Under the pieces are notes generated by a model, which did no database searches, had not been told where the DNA came from, and worked only from the letters and a program-made list of their open reading frames with translations. Below are positions 7,553 to 15,857 of a stretch of DNA of 64,000 bases, in pieces. Origin of the DNA: a virus; the IMG/VR virus record IMGVR_UViG_3300044617_001156. One strand, given 5' to 3'. The translations under genes were made by a program, and so were the position numbers. Within the stretch, counting starts at the first letter, position 1, and every line of letters starts with the position of its first letter.

Positions 7553-8223
7553 CCTTTAATCATGTTGAATTGAATCTACCAGTTCTTGATCGTGAACTGA
7601 TAGATGGCGTGAGATACTATAAATTACCTTCGGGAAATAAAAAATTAGTATCAATCACTTCGGTCATTAGTCATTATAAAAAAGACTTTTTCAATAAGTG
7701 GAGAAAGCGGATTGGTGCGGAAGAAGCTGATAAGATTACGAAGAGAGCAACAAGTCGGGGAACTGATATGCATACTCTTGTTGAAAATCATTTATATAAC
7801 AAAGATCTTCCTTCAGTACAACCAATCTCAGAACATCTCTTTAAAATTTCTAAACCAACATTAGAACGTATAAATAATATCCATGCTCTTGAAGGAGCAT
7901 TATATAGTGAAGTTCTTGGTGTTGCCGGAACATGTGACTGTATAGCAGAGTTTGATGGAGAACTTTCCATCATTGACTTTAAGACTTCTAAACAAGAAAA
8001 ACCCAGAGAATGGATTGATGGGTATTTTGTTCAGTGTGCTGCATATGCTGCAATGCTTTATGAACTCACTGGACTAGTGGTAAAGAAATTTGTTATCATT
8101 ATGGCATGTGAAGATGGAGACTGTGTTGTTTATGAAGAGAGAGATAAGAAAAAATATTTAAAATTACTAACACAGTACATTAAGAAATTTGTTAATGATA
8201 AATTAGATGAATTGACAGCATAA
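7549..8223 (+). CDS. PD-(D/E)XK exonuclease
   Basis: SITSVI, RGTDMH, AGTCDC...IIDFKTS, QCAAYA. Confidence 0.9.
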   Translation: MTFNHVELNLPVLDRELIDGVRYYKLPSGNKKLVSITSVISHYKKDFFNKWRKRIGAEEADKITKRATSRGTDMHTLVENHLYNKDLPSVQPISEHLFKISKPTLERINNIHALEGALYSEVLGVAGTCDCIAEFDGELSIIDFKTSKQEKPREWIDGYFVQCAAYAAMLYELTGLVVKKFVIIMACEDGDCVVYEERDKKKYLKLLTQYIKKFVNDKLDELTA

Positions 8224-8240
8224 GAATATATTGGTATACT
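8212..8240 (+). promoter_or_regulatory. sigma70-like promoter TTGACA-N17-TATACT
   Basis: Near-consensus hexamers with a 17-nt spacer upstream of gp33. Confidence 0.7.
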
Positions 8241-8288
8241 TATAGTAAGTTTACGTTTAAAGTTTTGCATATTACTGTTTTAGGTCAA

Positions 8289-8546
8289 ATGGAAAATGAA
8301 TTAGAAAAAGTACTAGAAAGTAAATTTTTCTGCCCGTCCAAATTCGCACAAGAAATAGAAAAACTTGTTCAGGTAAATGTTGAAATGAATTATATCGATG
8401 CAATCGTATATTTCTGTGAGCAAAATAGTATTGATCTAGAATCAGTTCCAAAACTAATTTCTAAACCATTGAAGGAAAAAATTAAGTACGAAGCAATGGA
8501 ACTTAATTTTCTCAAGAAAACCTCACGCGCTAAATTGATTTTTTGA
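8289..8546 (+). CDS. gp33: Late transcription co-activator gp33
   Basis: YIDAIVYFCEQN...KLISKPLKEKIKYEAMELNFL. Confidence 0.9.
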   Translation: MENELEKVLESKFFCPSKFAQEIEKLVQVNVEMNYIDAIVYFCEQNSIDLESVPKLISKPLKEKIKYEAMELNFLKKTSRAKLIF

Positions 8547-8587
8547 TTTATTTTTATATAAATATTTAAAGACTTTTCTTAAATAAA

Positions 8588-9025
8588 ATGAGTTGGTCTA
8601 AAGAACAGAAAGCAGAGTATATGCGAAATTATCGTAAAGATCCTGCTAAGAAAAAAAGAACTCAAGAACTACAAAGAGAGTGGTATCATAGAAATAAAGA
8701 GACAATATTAGAAAAACAAAAAGATTTATACTATTCATTAAAAGAACAAATTATTAAAAATCTTGGCGGAAAATGTAAAAACTGTTCTTCAACACAAAAC
8801 TTAGAATTCAATCATATTGATCCTCTAGTTAAAATAACAGAAGCATCTTATCGTCACACAATGATTAGTGGTGAATGGAAAAAATGTGAGATTTTATGTA
8901 AAAAATGTCATAGGAAATATACTAATGCTGAAAATAAACTGATGAGAAAGTATTGGTTAGAAAATGTTGATTTTGATATGAGGAGAAAATTAATTTATGA
9001 GTATCTCCAAAGTGACACCATTTGA
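8588..9025 (+). mobile_element. HNH homing endonuclease inserted between gp33 and gp59
   Basis: GGKCKNC...LEFNHIDP...CEILCKKCH; own late promoter TATAAATA at 8557-8564; overlaps the gp59 start. Confidence 0.8.
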
Positions 9026-9608
9026 AGTATATAAAACATATTTGTCTCTAAAAAATCATTTCACCAAAGAAAATTTTGATTATCATAAATTTCGCGGAAA
9101 ATCAAAATGTAGTATTGAATCTTTCTACGGCCGGCGGGACAGATTTTGGTTTGAAAAACTTTCCCGACAAAAATCAGATAAAGAAATAATTGATTTTTTT
9201 GTATCTAATTTTGTTTCCTATGACAATCCAGAAACATTATGGGTTGGAAGCATAGTAAAAGAAGGTGAAGATAGGTACAGAAACTGGCAGAAAAAAGTTC
9301 AATCATTATCCTATATTTTTAAACAAGAATCTCAAAGTTTCTTTGAAGAGAATAAATTTGATGATGTATTTAAATGTAATAAAGGACATCCACCACTCTT
9401 AAAGAAGTTTCTGAGTGGAAAACTTAGTCTAGAGACTTTAGTAATCTATGATAAAATTTTTCTGTTTAGAAATAACTTTGATAAAAAACTTAAAGACCCT
9501 GTGTGGGAAACCGTAAGTAGAAGAATTCAAAAGTATTCTCCTTTCATACATATAGATGTATTTTGTTATAAGAGAATTTTGAAAGAAGTTATTTTAGGAG
9601 AACAATGA
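8997..9608 (+). CDS. gp59: Helicase loader gp59
   Basis: TPFEVYKTYLSLKNHFT...FWFEKLSR...HPPLLK; synteny with gp33 and gp32. Confidence 0.92.
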   Translation: MSISKVTPFEVYKTYLSLKNHFTKENFDYHKFRGKSKCSIESFYGRRDRFWFEKLSRQKSDKEIIDFFVSNFVSYDNPETLWVGSIVKEGEDRYRNWQKKVQSLSYIFKQESQSFFEENKFDDVFKCNKGHPPLLKKFLSGKLSLETLVIYDKIFLFRNNFDKKLKDPVWETVSRRIQKYSPFIHIDVFCYKRILKEVILGEQ

Positions 9609-9949
9609 GTTTTTTTGAATCTGAAGTCGTCCGCGCAGAGATGACTGAAATTTCTGAACTTCAAGAAGACATATACGGAAACGTATTTAGGTTTCCTGGT
9701 ATGACTAAAGAAGATAAGATGAAGCATGTTGAACTTTTAGAAAGACTTCTTGACAAACAAAAAGTTCTTTATACGCGATTAAGTCTTTCCGATGATATTG
9801 AAGCAAAAGAAATGAAGGAAAGAATCATGGATTCTGCAATCCTAATGGGTCTTCCTTCTGGAGTTGATATGAACGTCATTTTCAATAACATGTCCAAAAT
9901 GCTTGAGGTCATGAAAGACCAGATTGACAAAGCAGAGTCAGACCTGTAG
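9605..9949 (+). CDS. Conserved cyanophage protein (DUF1825-like)
   Basis: MSFFESEVVR...QKVLYTRLSLSDD. Confidence 0.75.
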   Translation: MSFFESEVVRAEMTEISELQEDIYGNVFRFPGMTKEDKMKHVELLERLLDKQKVLYTRLSLSDDIEAKEMKERIMDSAILMGLPSGVDMNVIFNNMSKMLEVMKDQIDKAESDL

Positions 9950-9952
9950 AAT
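9924..9952 (+). promoter_or_regulatory. sigma70-like promoter for gp32 (TTGACA-N17-TAGAAT)
   Basis: Hexamers at 9924-9929 and 9947-9952. Confidence 0.7.
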
Positions 9953-9996
9953 AGCAAAGTACACAAAGGCCAAATCCTATTCAATACGAGGCATAA

Positions 9997-10953
9997 ATGT
10001 CAAATTTTTCAAATCTTAAAAAGCAATCCTCCCTTGGTTCACTGACTGAAAAACTGGTGAAGCAAGTTGAGAAGATGAGTACAACATCAAATAATGGTGC
10101 TGATGAACGTCTCTGGAAACCAGAGATGGATAAAACGGGTGTAGGTTCTGCAGTCATTCGCTTCCTACCTGCTCCTGATGGCGAAGAGGTTCCCTGGGCA
10201 AAAATGTATTCTCATGCATTCCAAGGTAACGGAGGATGGTATATTGAAAACAGTCTCACTACCATTGGACAAAAAGACCCCGTGAGTGAGTATAATCGCG
10301 GTCTGTGGAACAGTGGCAATGAGAAAGATAAAGAAACTGTACGTAAGCAAAAGCGTAAACTATCTTACTACTCTAACATCTACGTTGTAAAGGATCCTGC
10401 AAATCCTCAGAACGAAGGTAAAGTATTTCTGTTTAAGTATGGTAAGAAAATCTTTGATAAGATTCTTAATGCTATGCAACCAGAATTTGATGATGAGGAT
10501 CCAATCAATCCTTTTGATTTCTGGCAGGGTGCTAACTTCAAACTCAAAATCGTAAAGAAAGATGGGTATTGGAATTACGACAAGTCGGAATTTGACCGAG
10601 TTGCACCACTACTGGATGATGATGATGCTCTTGAAGCCCTCTGGAAGAAAGAGTATTCCCTGAGTGCAATTACATCACCAGACCAATTCAAGTCCTATGA
10701 GGATCTTGAACGACGTATGAATAATGTCCTTGGTCTCAGTAAAACTTCTTCTCCCACACAGTCTCGTGCTGTACTGGAGCAAGAAGATGAGTATGAGTCT
10801 TACAGTGCTCCTGCAAGTCGTGAAGAACGTGTAATGGAAGAACTAGAAGAATCCTATAGTCGTTCTAAGTCTCCTTCACTTCCTAAGATTACTCAGGATG
10901 ACGATGATGAAGATGATGCAATGTCGTATTTCCAGAAATTGGCTGAAGACTGA
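9997..10953 (+). CDS. gp32: Single-stranded DNA-binding protein gp32
   Basis: DERLWKP...AVIRFLPAP...WYIENSLTT...YGKKIFDKI; acidic tail. Confidence 0.97.
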   Translation: MSNFSNLKKQSSLGSLTEKLVKQVEKMSTTSNNGADERLWKPEMDKTGVGSAVIRFLPAPDGEEVPWAKMYSHAFQGNGGWYIENSLTTIGQKDPVSEYNRGLWNSGNEKDKETVRKQKRKLSYYSNIYVVKDPANPQNEGKVFLFKYGKKIFDKILNAMQPEFDDEDPINPFDFWQGANFKLKIVKKDGYWNYDKSEFDRVAPLLDDDDALEALWKKEYSLSAITSPDQFKSYEDLERRMNNVLGLSKTSSPTQSRAVLEQEDEYESYSAPASREERVMEELEESYSRSKSPSLPKITQDDDDEDDAMSYFQKLAED

Positions 10954-10962
10954 TAAATTTCT

Positions 10963-10987
10963 AAAGGAGCAGCAATGCTCCTTTTTT
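10963..10987. terminator. Intrinsic terminator between convergent gp32 and gp53
   Basis: aaaggagca-gcaa-tgctccttt plus T run. Confidence 0.85.
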
Positions 10988-10992
10988 ATTAT

Positions 10993-12015
10993 TCAAGTAT
11001 ATAAGCGTATATTGTCTCCGCGCTTAAGAGTTGGTGAAATGAACTGAGAACCTCCTCTCTTATAAGGAAAAACATCATCAAGGTCATTGAATACAACATT
11101 CAGGTATCTTGGTTTAAGTACATAAATGTTTCTCTTATCGTCTTCAATTCTTAATTCATATTGATAATTAGTAATCGGTCTCACAAACTCACTTGAAGGA
11201 ACTAAGACAGTATTGCCTTGACCTGGATCCCAGAATTCATAGTAATAAGAGTTACCACGTGTTTCTGTTGTCTCCGGAAGAACATAACTGATTAATTCTG
11301 TTCTTGCTGTTGATAATACTGGAGTTGCTATATTTGGTACTGATGCAAGTTCAAATGTAAAGTTGAAAGCAATATTACCAGAAAACGCACTGATACCAGT
11401 AACAACGAATCTACCGTTGTATTCAACTTCAGATACACCATCAATAATAACTTCACTTCCAACTTCAAGACCTATAATACCATTAGTAGTTCCTACATTT
11501 ACTGTGGTTGATGGATTAACGCCATCGCCCGAAGAAATGAAAAGAATAGATGAGTTGCTGATTTCTACAAAGTTTCCGTTAGTTTTCCAATCAGGAGGAA
11601 CACGAATACCCGACTTCAGAACAACAAAACCTAAAGAGTCACGTATCTCCTCTGTTTCATAATGATGAATACCTGAATATAAGTTTTCATAAGAACCATA
11701 TTTTTCTAACATTACCTTATCAAAAGTTCTTTGCGTCATAGGCCATTCTGATTGGATATTCAGAATGTTATTTGAAAGAAGAACTATCCAGTCTAAAGTA
11801 TCATCATTGTAGTACTTAAAGGCAACATTATCAGGTCTTTCGTTACCAATGATTGAATACTTCTCAAAGAAGTTTAGATTGCCGAAAATATCATCGCGAA
11901 GTTTTCCACGTTTGAAGAAATTCTTTACGGGTACATAGTCAGAAATATTCTGTTCGTCAGTATTTCTACTGATGTACTCAAAGTTAGGTACTTGTCTGAA
12001 GTATGGTTTTGCCAT
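10993..12015 (-). CDS. gp53: Baseplate wedge protein gp53 with an internal inserted domain
   Basis: YFRQVPNFEY...ERPDNVA...WIVLLSNNI...EWP...IHHYET; longer than a typical gp53. Confidence 0.88.
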   Translation of the reverse strand: MAKPYFRQVPNFEYISRNTDEQNISDYVPVKNFFKRGKLRDDIFGNLNFFEKYSIIGNERPDNVAFKYYNDDTLDWIVLLSNNILNIQSEWPMTQRTFDKVMLEKYGSYENLYSGIHHYETEEIRDSLGFVVLKSGIRVPPDWKTNGNFVEISNSSILFISSGDGVNPSTTVNVGTTNGIIGLEVGSEVIIDGVSEVEYNGRFVVTGISAFSGNIAFNFTFELASVPNIATPVLSTARTELISYVLPETTETRGNSYYYEFWDPGQGNTVLVPSSEFVRPITNYQYELRIEDDKRNIYVLKPRYLNVVFNDLDDVFPYKRGGSQFISPTLKRGDNIRLYT

Positions 12016-12016
12016 T

Positions 12017-13204
12017 TTAGTATCCTATGGGGTGATCTTTTCCTTCACCGGTGAGATAATCTCTATCATAAACTGGGGTAAGTTCTTGGAATGATAACGT
12101 CATAGTATAGGCAATCATTGTAGCCTCATCATCACTGTAAGTCATATAACTTCCTAGGGGAGTATAATCAACGGAGCAATTTGTAAGAGCACATTCTTTG
12201 ATTAAATTTATTGACCGGTGTTTGGTTGTTCTTCCTTTTTGATATTCAATTTTAAAGATGTTAGGTGCTTTTAAAAATAAACCATTATCTCCAACACTAG
12301 ACGACATATTTTGTTTAAAGTATTTTATAATTTTTTTAATAATTATTGCTTCTGGTCTATTTCTAGCAGACATTTTAAAGGTAAAATTGAAAGGTCTTAA
12401 CTGTGGACCTTGAAATAATAACTCTAAGTTTGGATTAAGGACTTGTCCATCCAATCTGGAAAGAAGGTTATTAACACCAACTGCTTGTCCGGCAAGATAA
12501 GTTCTTACTGCTTGCGATTCTTTTTTTAAGGTATTCATAGCAGCAGTAAAAGTTTTTGCTACCTCTTGTTGCAATTGCTCCATATTTTCGTTTTGCATCA
12601 GAGATAATGATAACTGAACTGCTTTCAATTCAATTGGATTCAATGTATCTCCTTCCCATCCAACGGAATTTTGATCTGTGATTGGAGACTGAATTGGTAA
12701 AAATACTGGTATATCTGCTATTTCGTAATTTGGTTTGATTGATTCAAATTGCCCTGAAGTATTATCTGGTAATCCTCTTGGAACATATTTTAATGCCTGA
12801 AATTTAATTCTATCTTGCTCGGTACTTCCAAGATCTTCGGGATACACCAACATAGCAGCAGTAAGTTCAGTACCCGTGGTCGGTTGAGTTATCGGAGCAG
12901 AACCGCCTTGTTGATCCGAATTTGGTGCTGCTGTCTGAGTAGGACCACCACTTGCCTGAATTATAGAATTGCCGATTGTTGATCTATATCCCTGAGAATT
13001 CTGTGCTAAATTTCTATTAAATTCTTCCGAGGCAAATGTAGATGATTCAAGAATAGTATTTCCGTTCTCTACAAAATAATCAGCGTAAATCGTCCTGGTT
13101 CCATCGTCATTTATACGATAGACTTCTCCACTTGTATTTGTAACAGGTACTGTAACGTATCTTCCCTGAGTATTCGGAAGAAGATATGGGGTTGATTCCG
13201 CCAT
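12017..13204 (-). CDS. gp48: Baseplate tail-tube cap gp48
   Basis: NPNLELLFQGPQLRPFNFTF...CALTNCSVDYTP...LSFQELTP. Confidence 0.88.
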   Translation of the reverse strand: MAESTPYLLPNTQGRYVTVPVTNTSGEVYRINDDGTRTIYADYFVENGNTILESSTFASEEFNRNLAQNSQGYRSTIGNSIIQASGGPTQTAAPNSDQQGGSAPITQPTTGTELTAAMLVYPEDLGSTEQDRIKFQALKYVPRGLPDNTSGQFESIKPNYEIADIPVFLPIQSPITDQNSVGWEGDTLNPIELKAVQLSLSLMQNENMEQLQQEVAKTFTAAMNTLKKESQAVRTYLAGQAVGVNNLLSRLDGQVLNPNLELLFQGPQLRPFNFTFKMSARNRPEAIIIKKIIKYFKQNMSSSVGDNGLFLKAPNIFKIEYQKGRTTKHRSINLIKECALTNCSVDYTPLGSYMTYSDDEATMIAYTMTLSFQELTPVYDRDYLTGEGKDHPIGY

Positions 13205-13230
13205 TATAGACTTTTTAACTATTTAGACCC

Positions 13231-13668
13231 TTAAAACAAATCTTCTTCAGTAATAATTTTAAATTCTAATAGTCTATCTTTACACCATTCCTCAGCAGCT
13301 TTCCACTTCGCTTGATTCACTGCATAAGTTCTACACTCGTTCAAGTATGTTTTAGTTACTCTTGATTTTTTCTTCGGAGCAACAGTTTGTTTTTTTGGTT
13401 TTACTTCAATTACGTATGTTTTAATATTTCCAGATTGCTCTTTTACTTTAATTAAGTAGTCTGGAAAGTACCGATGAATTCTATTATCCACTGGTGAGAT
13501 ATACTTGATACAAAATTCTTCTGATGCCCAAGAAACTATGTCTGGATTATGATCACAATAATAACAAAACCGCCTTTCCCAACTACTTCTACAGACGATA
13601 TTGTTTGGATTCCCCTGATACTTTTCAGGATGCGATGGTTTATAGATGCTCTTTATACTTTCCGCCAT
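13231..13668 (-). CDS. gp4: Head completion nuclease gp4
   Basis: YKPSHPEKY...RSSWE...WASEE...YFPD...IEVKP...NQAKWKAA. Confidence 0.92.
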   Translation of the reverse strand: MAESIKSIYKPSHPEKYQGNPNNIVCRSSWERRFCYYCDHNPDIVSWASEEFCIKYISPVDNRIHRYFPDYLIKVKEQSGNIKTYVIEVKPKKQTVAPKKKSRVTKTYLNECRTYAVNQAKWKAAEEWCKDRLLEFKIITEEDLF

Positions 13669-13710
13669 TACGTCGCATACATAATATATAAGCAAATCTA
13701 TTTATAAATC

Positions 13711-14904
13711 GTGGCTAGATTCCCGGTAACTTCATCCGATCAGTTTCAAAATCCTGAGTTTGGTGTTGATCCGAGTGTGCCTGGATTGCCTGGATTAGAT
13801 CAAAATCCACTTGGACCAACTCCAGCACCTGGTGTTCCAAATCCTACATCTTCTACGCCCGGTGATTCGCCATCATCTTCATCTGGTGGTAGTCCAACTC
13901 CATCTATAGTAAGTAATTTTAAAGTTAAGGCACTTCTATTAAATAATGCCTTAACATCTCATTATGTGTGTAAATTTCAACCACCTGGACCTGCGTTAGC
14001 GTTTATACAACAAGGTGGAGTTAATTATAATAACCCCACGAGTCAAGAACTCATTGAACTTTCTTGTTCTGAGGCATCTCTTCCAGGGTCCTCAATGATG
14101 ACGAACGAAATCAATGATGATCATACTGGAGTTACTGAAAGGCACGCATACAGAAAACAATATGATGATAGAATTGATTTTACTTTTTATGTAGATCGTA
14201 ATTATGATATTATAACTTTCTTTGAAAGGTGGATTTCTTACTGCGCTGGGGAAAATTTACAAACTGCTTTAGAAACTAGAAATTATTTTTATCGTGTAAA
14301 TTTTCCAAATGATTATCAAACAGATGCTTTATATATTACTAAATTTGAAAGAGATGTTTTTGGAACTGCTTTAGAATACAAGTTTATCCGAGCGTATCCG
14401 ATTAGTATTACATCAATGCCTGTTTCTTATGATTCCTCGCAACTATTAAAATGTACGGTATCATTTACATATATTCGTTATGTGAGAAAAGTAGTGAAGG
14501 CAGGTAGACCAACAGAACCTGGACCAACACCAGTACCAGGACTTCCATCTATAGGAAATCCAAATGTTCCTTCGACTCTTCCCGCAATTCCAGAATTCAC
14601 AAATCCAGTGTTTGGTGGACCTGCTGCAGGAATTCCTTCGTTTGGAGGATCTCCACTTGCTCCACAGAGTACTGCTCCTGGAGTTCCTTCTACGTTACTT
14701 GGACAACCAACTGGATCTGGTTCAGCCACTTTAGTTAGAGGAAACAATTCGGGATCTCAGAGAACATCTGCAGGATCTCAGAGAACATCTGCAGGATCTC
14801 AGGAGTTATCTAGAGTATCAACGCAAACTGCATCAGAACCTAATTACAATAAAAATGCTGGAACTGGTGCTGTTGCTGATAACCCCAGTATATCTTTATT
14901 CTAA
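13711..14904 (+). CDS. Tail-tube-fold baseplate protein (gp54/gp19-like) with Pro-rich terminal extensions
   Basis: CSEASLPG...FTFYVD...FFERW...AYPISITSMPVSY...CTVSFTY. Confidence 0.7.
   Translation: MARFPVTSSDQFQNPEFGVDPSVPGLPGLDQNPLGPTPAPGVPNPTSSTPGDSPSSSSGGSPTPSIVSNFKVKALLLNNALTSHYVCKFQPPGPALAFIQQGGVNYNNPTSQELIELSCSEASLPGSSMMTNEINDDHTGVTERHAYRKQYDDRIDFTFYVDRNYDIITFFERWISYCAGENLQTALETRNYFYRVNFPNDYQTDALYITKFERDVFGTALEYKFIRAYPISITSMPVSYDSSQLLKCTVSFTYIRYVRKVVKAGRPTEPGPTPVPGLPSIGNPNVPSTLPAIPEFTNPVFGGPAAGIPSFGGSPLAPQSTAPGVPSTLLGQPTGSGSATLVRGNNSGSQRTSAGSQRTSAGSQELSRVSTQTASEPNYNKNAGTGAVADNPSISLF
14752..14802 (+). repeat. 21-bp tandem repeat (ggatctcagagaacatctgca) x2.4
   Basis: Encodes GSQRTSA-GSQRTSA-GSQ. 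Confidence 0.9.
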
Positions 14905-14955
14905 GTCCCAATAAACTAAAATAAATAAACCAGATAGTATTAATTGAATTTTAAA

Positions 14956-15675
14956 ATGGTATTACCTCGCATTTCTACACCAACGTATGAACTTGAACTT
15001 CCATCTACCGGACAAACAATTAAGTATCGTCCATTTTTGGTAAAGGAAGAAAAACTTTTGGTTCTCGCTTTGGAATCTGAAGACACCAAACAAATTACTA
15101 CAGCAATTAAAACTGTTATTAAAAACTGCATTGAAACAAAGGGTATTAAAGTAGAAGCATTACCTACTTTTGATATTGAATATTTGTTCTTGAATATTCG
15201 TGGAAAATCAGTCGGTGAAGAAATTGAAGTCAATCTTATCTGTCCTGATGATGAGACTACTACAGTTCCTGTAAAAATCAACGTTGATGATATTAAGGTT
15301 CAAAAGAACCCGGATCATAATAAACAAATCAAAGTTGATGATTCGATTATGATGGAAATGAAATATCCATCACTGGATCAATTTATTAAGAGTAACTTTG
15401 ATTTATCCGCTGATAATACAATGGATCAATCATTTGATTTAATTGCTTCTTGTATTGATAAGATTTATACGGAAGATGAAGTTTGGGCTTCTGCTGATGT
15501 TTCTAAGAAAGAAATATTAGAGTTCTTAGAACAAATGAATTCCACTCAGTTCAAAGATATTGAAAAGTTCTTTGAAACAATGCCTAAACTATCTCATAAA
15601 GTTACTATTAAAAATCCAAATACTGAAGTTGAAAGTGAAGTTGTTCTTGAAGGGTTATCAAGTTTTTTCGCGTAA
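14956..15675 (+). CDS. gp26: Baseplate hub assembly protein gp26
   Basis: LPRISTPTYEL...YRPFLVKEEK...DIEYLFLNIRGKSVGE...LEGLSSFF. Confidence 0.92.
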   Translation: MVLPRISTPTYELELPSTGQTIKYRPFLVKEEKLLVLALESEDTKQITTAIKTVIKNCIETKGIKVEALPTFDIEYLFLNIRGKSVGEEIEVNLICPDDETTTVPVKINVDDIKVQKNPDHNKQIKVDDSIMMEMKYPSLDQFIKSNFDLSADNTMDQSFDLIASCIDKIYTEDEVWASADVSKKEILEFLEQMNSTQFKDIEKFFETMPKLSHKVTIKNPNTEVESEVVLEGLSSFFA

Positions 15676-15677
15676 GT

Positions 15678-15857
15678 ATGAGTCACATGGACTTGGAGAG
15701 TTACTTCAAGTTAAATTTTGCCCTGATTCAATATCATAAATGGAGTCTTACTGAAATTGAAAATATGATGCCCTTTGAAAGAGACATCTATACAATTTTA
15801 TTAAAGCAACATATAGAAGAAGAAGAGCAAAAAGCACAACAGAGAGCAAATGGTTAG
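15678..15857 (+). CDS. gp51: Baseplate hub assembly catalyst gp51 (59 aa)
   Basis: Hand-translated MSHMDLESYFKLNFALIQYHKWSLTEIENMMPFERDIY...; in the -1 frame relative to gp26. Confidence 0.88.
   Translation: MSHMDLESYFKLNFALIQYHKWSLTEIENMMPFERDIYTILLKQHIEEEEQKAQQRANG

Noticed and set aside
7549-8223. Cas4 / CRISPR-associated nuclease
   Set aside because: It is the PD-(D/E)XK exonuclease normally found between phoH and gp33 in cyanomyoviruses; no array nearby.
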